Virus record (IMG/VR): IMGVR_UViG_2690316166_000023
Origin: a virus
Lineage: Duplodnaviria; Heunggongvirae; Uroviricota; Caudoviricetes
DNA: 9,395 nucleotides
Strand: one strand, 5' to 3'
Shown: positions 1 through 7,046 of the stretch, in pieces
Position numbering within the stretch: the first letter of the stretch is position 1
Layout: the number at the start of each line of letters is the position of its first letter
Translations under genes and position numbers: made by a program
Notes under the pieces: model-generated
The model's input: only the letters and a program-made list of their open reading frames with translations
Told to the model about the DNA's origin: nothing
Database searches by the model: none

Positions 1-456
1 CAATCCGTGATCGAATAGAGCGGAATACGCACATTGGGTAAGTGCTGCTCTGTCTTCATCGCTGATGGTGCCCAGTTGTAGCTCCGTTCTCCAGTCATTA
101 ATTTTTTCATATGCCTGATTAAGATATGACTGGCGCATTGCTTCCAGTTTTCTTGCGTAGTTAACCGGAATACGGGAGATTATGCCATTATCAAACTTCC
201 AGTTTCCTGAAATATCCGTGCCTTCAGGGAGTTCATCGACCTCAACCACAGAAAACCCCGCAGGATACAGCGCCGAGGCGTCCTGTGATATTGAGCAGAT
301 AACGCCGCTGTCAGGTGTTATGCAAAGTTTATATTTTTTGGTGAATAATGGCAGGGATTCGTAGAAATCCTTACCATCTTCACTCTGGAAATACTGAACA
401 TTATTACCATATGGCATATTTTCAGGATAATAACGGGTTATATTTTTTAGTTCCAT
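1..456 (-). CDS. Tail fibre assembly protein (Tfa; P2 gpG / Mu U / Caudo_TAP family), partial: C-terminal end lies beyond the window start
   Basis: Minus-strand ATG at 456-454 preceded by AGGAGG (complement of 462-467); frame open for 152 codons to position 1 (hand-translated: MELKNITRYYPENMPYGNN...DASALYPAGFSVVEVDELPEG...GNWKFDNGIISR...SDEDRAALTQ...). The ...DAS.L.P.GFSVVEV... and ...DEERA.L... pattern matches my recollection of P2 gpG-type proteins. Not in the ORF track because no stop lies in the window. Confidence 0.7.
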   Translation of the reverse strand, partial: MELKNITRYYPENMPYGNNVQYFQSEDGKDFYESLPLFTKKYKLCITPDSGVICSISQDASALYPAGFSVVEVDELPEGTDISGNWKFDNGIISRIPVNYARKLEAMRQSYLNQAYEKINDWRTELQLGTISDEDRAALTQCAYSALFDHGL

Positions 457-486
457 AAAATCCTCCTGGAAATAAATCTGTTTTAA

Positions 487-2799
487 NNNNNNNNNNNNNN
501 NNNNNNNNNNNNNNNNNNNNNNNNNNNNNNNNNNNNNNNNNNNNNNNNNNNNNNNNNNNNNNNNNNNNNNNNNNNNNNNNNNNNNNNNNNNNNNNNNNNN
601 NNNNNNNNNNNNNNNNNNNNNNNNNNNNNNNNNNNNNNNNNNNNNNNNNNNNNNNNNNNNNNNNNTCTGAATATCATTATATACTTGCAGCCGTCACCCA
701 TGCTCCANNNNNNNNNNNNNNNNNNNNNNNNNNNNNNNNNNNNNNNNNNNNNNNNNNNNNNNNNNNNNNNNNNNNNNNNNNNNNNNNNNNNNNNNNNNNN
801 NNNNNNNNNNNNNNNNNNNNNNNNNNNNNNNNNNNNNNNNNNNNNNNNNNNNNNNNNNNNNNNNNNNNNNNNNNNNNNNNNNNNNNNNNNNNNNNNNNNN
901 NNNNNNNNNNNNNNNNNNNNNNNNNNNNNNNNNNNNNNNNNNNNNNNNNNNNNNNNNNNNNNNNNNNNNNNNNNNNNNNNNNNNNNNNNNNNNNNNNNNN
1001 NNNNNNNNNNNNNNNNNNNNNNNNNNNNNNNNNNNNNNNNNNNNNNNNNNNNNNNNNNNNNNNNNNNNNNNNNNNNNNNNNNNNNNNNNNNNNNNNNNNN
1101 NNNNNNNNNNNNNNNNNNNNNNNNNNNNNNNNNNNNNNNNNNNNNNNNNNNNNNNNNNNNNNNNNNNNNNNNNNNNNNNNNNNNNNNNNNNNNNNNNNNN
1201 NNNNNNNNNNNNNNNNNNNNNNNNNNNNNNNNNNNNNNNNNNNNNNNNNNNNNNNNNNNNNNNNNNNNNNNNNNNNNNNNNNNNNNNNNNNNNNNNNNNN
1301 NNNNNNNNNNNNNNNNNNNNNNNNNNNNNNNNNNNNNNNNNNNNNNNNNNNNNNNNNNNNNNNNNNNNNNNNNNNNNNNNNNNNNNNNNNNNNNNNNNNN
1401 NNNNNNNNNNNNNNNNNNNNNNNNNNNNNNNNNNNNNNNNNNNNNNNNNNNNNNNNNNNNNNNNNNNNNNNNNNNNNNNNNNNNNNNNNNNNNNNNNNNN
1501 NNNNNNNNNNNNNNNNNNNNNNNNNNNNNNNNNNNNNNNNNNNNNNNNNNNNNNNNNNNNNNNNNNNNNNNNNNNNNNNNNNNNNNNNNNNNNNNNNNNN
1601 NNNNNNNNNNNNNNNNNNNNNNNNNNNNNNNNNNNNNNNNNNNNNNNNNNNNNNNNNNNNNNNNNNNNNNNNNNNNNNNNNNNNNNNNNNNNNNNNNNNN
1701 NNNNNNNNNNNNNNNNNNNNNNNNNNNNNNNNNNNNNNNNNNNNNNNNNNNNNNNNNNNNNNNNNNNNNNNNNNNNNNNNNNNNNNNNNNNNNNNNNNNN
1801 NNNNNNNNNNNNNNNNNNNNNNNNNNNNNNNNNNNNNNATTCAGCAGTTCGGCCTGGANNNNNNNNNNNNNNNNNNNNNNNNNNNNNNNNNNNNNNNNNN
1901 NNNNNNNNNNNNNNNNNNNNNNNNNNNNNNNNNNNNNNNNNNNNNNNNNNNNNNNNNNNNNNNNNNNNNNNNNNNNNNNNNNNNNNNNNNNNNNNNNNNN
2001 NNNNNNNNNNNNNNNNNNNNNNNNNNNNNNNNNNNNNNNNNNNNNNNNNNNNNNNNNNNNNNNNNNNNNNNNNNNNNNNNNNNNNNNNNNNNNNNNNNNN
2101 NNNNNNNNNNNNNNNNNNNNNNNNNNNNNNNNNNNNNNNNNNNNNNNNNNNNNNNNNNNNNNNNNNNNNNNNNNNNNNNNNNNNNNNNNNNNNNNNNNNN
2201 NNNNNNNNNNNNNNNNNNNNNNNNNNNNNNNNNNNNNNNNNNNNNNNNNNNNNNNNNNNNNNNNNNNNNNNNNNNNNNNNNNNNNNNNNNNNNNNNNNNN
2301 NNNNNNNNNNNNNNNNNNNNNNNNNNNNNNNNNNNNNNNNNNNNNNNNNNNNNNNNNCGCTGTCGCTCCGTGAGGGTGGCTCCGGCCATATCACACTCGG
2401 GAAGCCCGAGATAACGCTCCCAGTCTTCCAGCAGCAGGCGCGACGTNNNNNNNNNNNNNNNNNNNNNNNNNNNNNNNNNNNNNNNNNNNNNNNNNNNNNN
2501 NNNNNNNNNNNNNNNNNNNNNNNNNNNNNNNNNNNNNNNNNNNNNNNNNNNNNNNNNNNNNNNNNNNNNNNNNNNNNNNNNNNNNNNNNNNNNNNNNNNN
2601 NNNNNNNNNNNNNNNNNNNNNNNNNNNNNNNNNNNNNNNNNNNNNNNNNNNNNNNNNNNNNNNNNNNNNNNNNNNNNNNNNNNNNNNNNNNNNNNNNNNN
2701 NNNNNNNNNNNNNNNNNNNNNNNNNNNNNNNNNNNNNNNNNNNNNNNNNNNNNNNNNNNNNNNNNNNNNNNNNNNNNNNNNNNNNNNNNNNNNNNNNNN
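487..2799. other. N-masked / undetermined sequence: four N runs (487-665, 708-1838, 1859-2357, 2447-2799) separated by short real islands (666-707, 1839-1858, 2358-2446)
   Basis: Directly visible runs of n. ORF-track entries crossing this block are poly-X and cannot be trusted, since stop codons may be hidden. Context implies tail-fibre coding on the minus strand. Confidence 0.99.
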
Positions 2800-2934
2800 C
2801 CTGCGTCCCGTCAAAGGGAACCCCATTAATATTTCTTGGGGTGGCGAGTCTATTCGCGGCAACGGCGGTGCCGTCCGATGGCAGAGCATTCGCCGCCCTG
2901 TTTACCGTTTCCCGTAAACCGAGGTTTTCAGGAA
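2800..2934 (-). CDS. 5' portion of a tail-fibre variable (C-terminal) segment that begins at the crossover site and has no start codon of its own; continues leftward into masked sequence
   Basis: Minus-strand frame with first codon bases at 2938, 2935, ... reads NRVNPGFPENLGLRETVNRAANALPSDGTAVAANRLATPRNINGVPFDGTQ. The LGL-ETVNRA-N motif is, as I recall it, the conserved junction of P2 H / Mu S / P1 S-type tail fibres. In-frame TAA at 2954-2956 immediately upstream and no ATG/GTG/TTG before the masked block. Confidence 0.5.
2909..2934. other. Site-specific recombination crossover site for the adjacent invertase (gix/pix/hix/cix-type, 12-2-12 imperfect dyad)
   Basis: TTCCCGTAAACC-GA-GGTTTTCAGGAA; the right half is the reverse complement of TTCCTGAAAACC, almost identical to the left half. 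Closely resembles the Mu gix site as I recall it (TTCCTGTAAACCGAGGTTTTGGATAA). Lies 65 bp upstream of the invertase start and inside the tail-fibre motif. Confidence 0.75.
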
Positions 2935-2999
2935 AGCCAGGATTAACTCTGTTTTATTCCTCATGCGACAATTCCGGCTTTTTATAATAAGGAAATCGT

Positions 3000-3572
3000 A
3001 TGCTGATTGGGTATATCAGGGTGTCAACAAATGACCAGAATACGGCGCTACAAAGAAATGCGCTGGAATGTGCAGGATGTGAGCTGTTTTTCGAAGACAG
3101 AATAAGCGGTAAGACAAGGGAGCGTCCCGGACTTAAACGCGCATTAAAGCGACTCCGGCCAGGGGATACCCTGCTGGTCTGGAAACTGGATCGCCTTGGA
3201 CGCAGTATGCAGCACCTTGTCCTTTTAACAGAAGAACTCCGGCAACGCGGCGTTAACTTCCGCAGCATTACGGACAATATTGATACATCCACTCCCATGG
3301 GACGTTTCTTTTTCCATATAATGGGCGCGCTGGCGGAAATGGAGCGGGAACTCATTATTGAACGTACACGCGCGGGTCTTGCTGCTGCCCGTGCTCAGGG
3401 GCGTCATGGCGGCAGACCTCAGAAACTGACAGAGAAAGAGCGGGAGCAAATCGCCCGTTTGCTGGCTAATGGCGAGTCCCGTAAACAAATCGCACTGATA
3501 TTTGATATTGGCCTTTCCACCCTTTATCGTTATTTTCCTGCCTCACCAGCTCCGTCACCAAAAGTACCGTGA
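3000..3572 (+). CDS. Serine recombinase: DNA invertase of the Gin/Pin/Hin/Cin family
   Basis: 190-aa ORF, ATG 3000 with AAGGAAA ribosome-binding site upstream. N-terminus MLIGYIRVSTNDQNT (catalytic Ser in RVST), ...GDTLLVWKLDRLGRS..., ...PMGRFFFHIMGALAEMERELIIERT..., C-terminal HTH (...IALIFDIGLSTLYRYF), all hallmark invertase blocks. Adjacent crossover site. Confidence 0.95.
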   Translation: MLIGYIRVSTNDQNTALQRNALECAGCELFFEDRISGKTRERPGLKRALKRLRPGDTLLVWKLDRLGRSMQHLVLLTEELRQRGVNFRSITDNIDTSTPMGRFFFHIMGALAEMERELIIERTRAGLAAARAQGRHGGRPQKLTEKEREQIARLLANGESRKQIALIFDIGLSTLYRYFPASPAPSPKVP

Positions 3573-3657
3573 CGCTTTTTTGAATTTCCGCAAAACACAT
3601 ATTTTTCAGCGGTCGCTATTCTGACTCTGTTTAATTCAGAAACAGGCAGAAAAGACG

Positions 3658-5712
3658 ATGTCAGACTCCAAGTGGAAAATGCTCTCCGCCATGCCCGGAG
3701 AGTTTTCAGTCAAGGTTGCCGGTGGCACGGTGGCATTTATTGAAAGCCCTTTCCGCCCTTCGGGTAATAAAGGGGGGATCACCTTCGCAGACTGCGTGAT
3801 CCGCTTCAGCACGAAAGAGCCATTATGGGTAATGCCGGTATCCGGTAATCCCAGTGCAGAAATCACCAGTTCAGGCGTGACTGGCATCATTCCAATCACA
3901 TCTGACGTGGCCGGAACGCTCACGCCCTCCGACTGGAATGCACCGGATAACGCCGGGCCTTCCGGTAGCACGAATGGCAGCAGTTCAGAGCCGGAATATT
4001 ACTTTGTTGTCATTCTCGCGGGTCAGTCAAATGGCATGGCCTACGGCGAGGGGCTGCCGTTACCGGATTCGTTTGACCGCCCGGACCCACGCATTAAGCA
4101 ACTGGCACGCCGCAGTACGGTAACGCCCAACGGTACGTCGTGTACATACAACGACATCATTCCGGCAGACCACTGCCTGCATGATGTTCAGGATATGAGC
4201 GGGATAAACCACCCGAAAGCTGATCTGGCAAAAGGCCAGTACGGGACTGTCGGTCAGGGGTTGCATATTGCCAAAAAACTGCTTCCCTATATCCCACAGA
4301 ATGCCGGGATACTTCTGGTGCCCTGTTGTCGTGGCGGGTCAGCATTCACCACTGGAGCCGACGGCTCATTCAGTGAGGCCAGCGGTGCTTCCGCTGATTC
4401 TTCACGCTGGGGGGCCGGTAAACCTCTGTATCAGGACCTGGTAAGCCGCACCAAAGTCGCGCTGGCGAAAAACCCGAAAAACAAACTTCTGGCTGTGGTC
4501 TGGATGCAGGGAGAGGCAGACCTTGCCTCAGGAAGCCAGCAGCATAATAGTTTATTCACGGCCATGGTTCAGCAGTTCAGAACTGACCTGGCTCCGCTTG
4601 CTGCGCAGTGCGTGAGTGGAAATGCCACCACGGTGCCGTGGATTTGCGGTGATACCACGTATTACTGGAAAAACGCTGGCACCGATAAATATGAGGCAGT
4701 ATACGGTGGCTACAAAGGCAAGGAAGCACAGAAAATTTTCTTTGTACCGTTCCTGACGGATGAGAATGGACAGAGCACGCCAACGAATGCTCCGGCGGAA
4801 GACCCGGATATTGTGGCTGTCGGGTATTACGGTGCAGCATCCCGAACCCAGGGCAGTTTTGTTTCGACACAGCGTGACAGCCATTTCAGCTCATGGGCAC
4901 GCAGGGGCGTCATTTCAGACCGTCTGGCCTCAGCTATTATGCTCCATGCAGGGCGCACGGCTGAACTGATGCGCGGGCAGACCGTGACACCACCGGATGA
5001 GAAGCCGTCACCTGATACACCATCAAAACCGTCCACGCCACCCGCAGACACCACGACGATGAGTACGCTATTTGCTTACCGGGCATCTGAGTCTGAAGGA
5101 CGGTTGACACCACAGGGTTGGGCTGCCGGAGGTGGCAAGGCTCAAATCGTGGATGATGCCGGAGCCAGCGGGGGTAAGGCAATGAAACTGACCAAGGAAA
5201 CAGGAAGAGCCCTCTGGTACCTTGAGCATGATGCTGGTAATGGTGCGGACCTGCTGGGTAAAGGTGGTCTTGTCAGTTGTCGTTTTAAACTCGATGGCGC
5301 GCTTACGGCTAATCAGTACGCACTGGCGCTGTACTGGCCGGTTTCTGCCCTGCCGCAAGGGGTTACTCTGGAAGGAAATGCCGGTCATAACCTGCTGGCA
5401 TCGTTCTACGTACAGAGCGATGCCACAGACCTTAACGTGATGTATCACAAAGGAAACACGGCGCAGAACACGAAGCTGGGGTCATTCGGCGCATTTAATA
5501 ACGAATGGCATACGCTGGGCTTCCGTTTTGCCGGTAACAACAGTATTGAGGTGACGCCGGTCATTGATGGTAAGGACGGGACACCATTCATGCTGTCGCA
5601 GTCTCCGGTCGGCACGTTTACGGCAGACAAGTTGCGCGTGACCGATATCACTAAAAATGCGACTTACCCGGTACTGATTGACAGTATCGTGGTGGAAGTG
5701 AATAACGCGTAA
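3658..5712 (+). CDS. SGNH/SASA-family carbohydrate O-acetylesterase, three-part architecture resembling prophage NanS-p sialate O-acetylesterases
   Basis: 684-aa ORF. SGNH blocks visible: block I VILAGQSNGMAYGEG (catalytic Ser), block II CCRGGSAF, block III WMQGEADL, block V RDSHFS (Asp/His). Preceded by a ~110-aa S/T/G-rich N-terminal region and followed by a Pro/Thr-rich linker (TPPDEKPSPDTPSKPSTPPADTTT, about nt 4980-5060) and a ~220-aa C-terminal domain. Weak ribosome-binding site. The enzyme class is well supported; the sialate substrate is inferred. Confidence 0.8.
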   Translation: MSDSKWKMLSAMPGEFSVKVAGGTVAFIESPFRPSGNKGGITFADCVIRFSTKEPLWVMPVSGNPSAEITSSGVTGIIPITSDVAGTLTPSDWNAPDNAGPSGSTNGSSSEPEYYFVVILAGQSNGMAYGEGLPLPDSFDRPDPRIKQLARRSTVTPNGTSCTYNDIIPADHCLHDVQDMSGINHPKADLAKGQYGTVGQGLHIAKKLLPYIPQNAGILLVPCCRGGSAFTTGADGSFSEASGASADSSRWGAGKPLYQDLVSRTKVALAKNPKNKLLAVVWMQGEADLASGSQQHNSLFTAMVQQFRTDLAPLAAQCVSGNATTVPWICGDTTYYWKNAGTDKYEAVYGGYKGKEAQKIFFVPFLTDENGQSTPTNAPAEDPDIVAVGYYGAASRTQGSFVSTQRDSHFSSWARRGVISDRLASAIMLHAGRTAELMRGQTVTPPDEKPSPDTPSKPSTPPADTTTMSTLFAYRASESEGRLTPQGWAAGGGKAQIVDDAGASGGKAMKLTKETGRALWYLEHDAGNGADLLGKGGLVSCRFKLDGALTANQYALALYWPVSALPQGVTLEGNAGHNLLASFYVQSDATDLNVMYHKGNTAQNTKLGSFGAFNNEWHTLGFRFAGNNSIEVTPVIDGKDGTPFMLSQSPVGTFTADKLRVTDITKNATYPVLIDSIVVEVNNA

Positions 5713-5726
5713 GCAGGATAAAAAAA

Positions 5727-5761
5727 TGCCGCCGGTAAGGGAAAACAAGAAACCGGCGGCA
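5727..5761. terminator. GC-rich stem-loop immediately after the esterase stop; a run of T follows it on the minus strand only
   Basis: Stem TGCCGCCGGT (5727-5736) pairs with ACCGGCGGCA (5752-5761), 15-nt loop. Flanked by AAAAAAA (5720-5726) upstream and AAAAAG downstream, so the canonical hairpin-plus-U-tract geometry exists for leftward transcription; rightward it is a hairpin without a U-tract. Confidence 0.4.
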
Positions 5762-5856
5762 AAAAGATCGTTATATCCAAAGCAAAAAATGCAGTGCACC
5801 TTTTTACCTAACAGATATTACCGGTGTCAACACCATGTCAATAATTGGGAGGGATA

Positions 5857-6039
5857 ATGACATTTTTACAGCTTATTTTATTGTATTTCTGCACGGCAGT
5901 ATGTGCGTTATATCTGGTGAGTGGTGGTTATAAGGCCATCAGAAATTATGTTCGCCGCAAAATTGAGGACGCAGCAGCTGAAAAACTCAGTAAAACAGCG
6001 CAGGTAACTCCGCTCCCAAAAGACCCGACCCAGCCCTGA
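5857..6039 (+). CDS. Small hypothetical membrane protein (60 aa): one N-terminal hydrophobic helix and a basic tail
   Basis: ATG 5857 four nt after GGGAGGG (5847-5853); MTFLQLILLYFCTAVCALYLVSGGYKAIRNYVRRKIEDAAAEKL... The ORF-track start at 5845 is a TTG with no ribosome-binding site. No family recognised. Confidence 0.5.
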   Translation: MTFLQLILLYFCTAVCALYLVSGGYKAIRNYVRRKIEDAAAEKLSKTAQVTPLPKDPTQP

Positions 6040-6074
6040 TTGCAGGGCTTTATTCCCGCATAAGGAGGATATAC

Positions 6075-6329
6075 ATGCCAGAAATTAAAGGCACCGTCAC
6101 TGAAGACCTGGTAAAACAGGCACTGTATTCCGGTGAAGTAAATAAGTTGCTGAAAGCGCAGGTCCGCAAGGATTTTGAGGCACAAATCGACACTTACGTT
6201 GATGAAGTGCTGGCAAAACTTATTGGGCCAGCAGTTGCGGCCAGTGATGCTGATAATGAGCCGAAAACCGACGCGCAGCCAGAGCAACCAGACCCGGCTC
6301 AGCCCGGAACTGACAGTACCATGATGTAA
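6075..6329 (+). CDS. Small hypothetical acidic protein (84 aa): helical N-terminus and an Asp/Glu/Pro/Gln-rich, probably disordered, C-terminus
   Basis: ATG 6075 with near-consensus ribosome-binding site AAGGAGG (6062-6068, 6-nt spacer); 35 nt downstream of the previous ORF on the same strand, so probably one operon. No family recognised. Confidence 0.6.
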   Translation: MPEIKGTVTEDLVKQALYSGEVNKLLKAQVRKDFEAQIDTYVDEVLAKLIGPAVAASDADNEPKTDAQPEQPDPAQPGTDSTMM

Positions 6330-6386
6330 CAATACAAACCGGTGGTGTCCTCTGCCGGTTTGACACTAATGAAAACATCTTTGCCG

Positions 6387-6427
6387 CTATCCAGCCATAT
6401 GTAATCGCTGGATAGTATTTCGTATTC
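6387..6427 (+). terminator. Candidate intrinsic terminator for the two-gene small operon
   Basis: Inverted repeat CTATCCAGC (6387-6395) / GCTGGATAG (6407-6415), 11-nt loop, followed by T-rich TATTTCGTATTC. A second imperfect hairpin sits at about 6335-6360. Confidence 0.35.
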
Positions 6428-6496
6428 AGAAATATAGCTGCTTATGGAGCAGTCAATCCTGCTTCCCCATCCGGGCAGGCAAATGAACCGGTATCA

Positions 6497-6790
6497 TTAG
6501 TCCGATTCACGCTTTTGTAGAATCGTTCCCAGAATGCTATACAGCTCATTAGCCTGTTGCTCCATCATTGAGACGGAGGCTATACGGTGCAAAGTGATTT
6601 CAGGAGGTGGCACACCTCCATCTTCTTGCTGTGGAGGAAAAACATAAGATTTAATAAAAAAGTTGAAGCATATGAACTCTCCCGCACTCGAACTGTATTT
6701 GCAGGCATCTGAATAATCGGAAAAATAATCATTATAGATTTCCGCATTTTCAATCATTTTTCGATTTCTCGTCGTTACATGATTGTCCAT
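6497..6790 (-). CDS. Hypothetical protein (97 aa), AT-rich, transcribed divergently from com-mom
   Basis: Minus-strand ATG at 6790-6788 with AAGAGG 5 nt upstream (complement of about 6796-6801). MDNHVTTRNRKMIENAEIYNDYFSDYSDACKYSS...; no family recognised. Composition appears more AT-rich than the flanking genes. Confidence 0.55.
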   Translation of the reverse strand: MDNHVTTRNRKMIENAEIYNDYFSDYSDACKYSSSAGEFICFNFFIKSYVFPPQQEDGGVPPPEITLHRIASVSMMEQQANELYSILGTILQKRESD

Positions 6791-6978
6791 AGCAGCCTCT
6801 TACGCTGGCAATTAACCAATTGACTTCTATAAATTAGTTGATTTGTTTGCTTTGCGGTATTCAAATGTACAATCATTCAGCACTTATGCGTTACAGCACC
6901 GTTTAAAATTAGTGATCAAACTCATAAATTTTCGCTAATGACATTTCGTGTTATTTGTTGTATCAATTAAATAAATCA

Positions 6979-7003
6979 AATCGATCGTTTTTGTCGATCG
7001 ATT
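6979..7003. promoter_or_regulatory. Palindromic operator-like element with two Dam (GATC) sites upstream of com-mom
   Basis: AATCGATCG-tttttgt-CGATCGATT: 9-bp arms in perfect inverted repeat, GATC at 6984-6987 and 6996-6999, a third GATC at 6914-6917. About 45-65 bp upstream of the com start. Mu mom is known to be controlled through clustered GATC sites whose methylation blocks OxyR binding. Confidence 0.45.
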
Positions 7004-7046
7004 GAGTGATAAAGATATCAACAACAAAGCAGGAGGTTATGCGGCC

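Noticed and set aside
182-364. 60-aa plus-strand ORF
   Set aside because: Lies entirely antisense to the well-supported tfa gene; no ribosome-binding site and low-complexity S/T composition.
483-2889. ORF-track entries 483..701, 685..2373, 694..2889 and 1841..2389, mostly poly-X
   Set aside because: They span N-masked bases, where stop codons may be hidden; only the real islands are interpretable, and those are reported as a finding.
2902-2963. 20-codon minus-strand ORF starting at ATG 2963-2961 and crossing the crossover site
   Set aside because: Too short, and in a different frame from the tail-fibre motif; probably chance.
2983-2988. Perfect TATAAT hexamer upstream of the invertase
   Set aside because: Only 11 nt from the start codon, overlapping the ribosome-binding site, with no acceptable -35 at 16-18 bp; I could not define the invertase promoter convincingly.
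2954-3488. Minus-strand ORFs 2954..3355 and 3225..3488
   Set aside because: Antisense to the invertase gene, whose motifs are unambiguous; Arg/Ser-rich composition typical of antisense frames.
3603-3614. Exact 12-bp repeat TTTTTCAGCGGT at 3603-3614 and 8010-8021, tempting as flanking direct repeats of the cargo plus com-mom block
   Set aside because: Roughly one to two exact 12-mer coincidences are expected by chance in about 7 kb of unmasked sequence, and the match does not extend; noted as possible but not supported.
3636-5799. Nested ORFs of 61-126 aa on both strands inside the esterase gene
   Set aside because: All lie within or antisense to the 684-aa ORF that carries a complete SGNH motif set.
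5946-6332. 128-aa minus-strand ORF antisense to the two small plus-strand genes
   Set aside because: TTG start without ribosome-binding site and W/C/F-rich composition typical of antisense; the plus-strand genes have strong ribosome-binding sites. Not fully excluded without expression data.
7002-7046. Upstream TTG (7002) and GTG (7006) starts used by the ORF track for com and the 310-aa ORF
   Set aside because: Both overlap the GATC palindrome and lack ribosome-binding sites; ATG 7047 for com and GTG 7201 for mom fit the ribosome-binding sites and the known overlapping architecture better.
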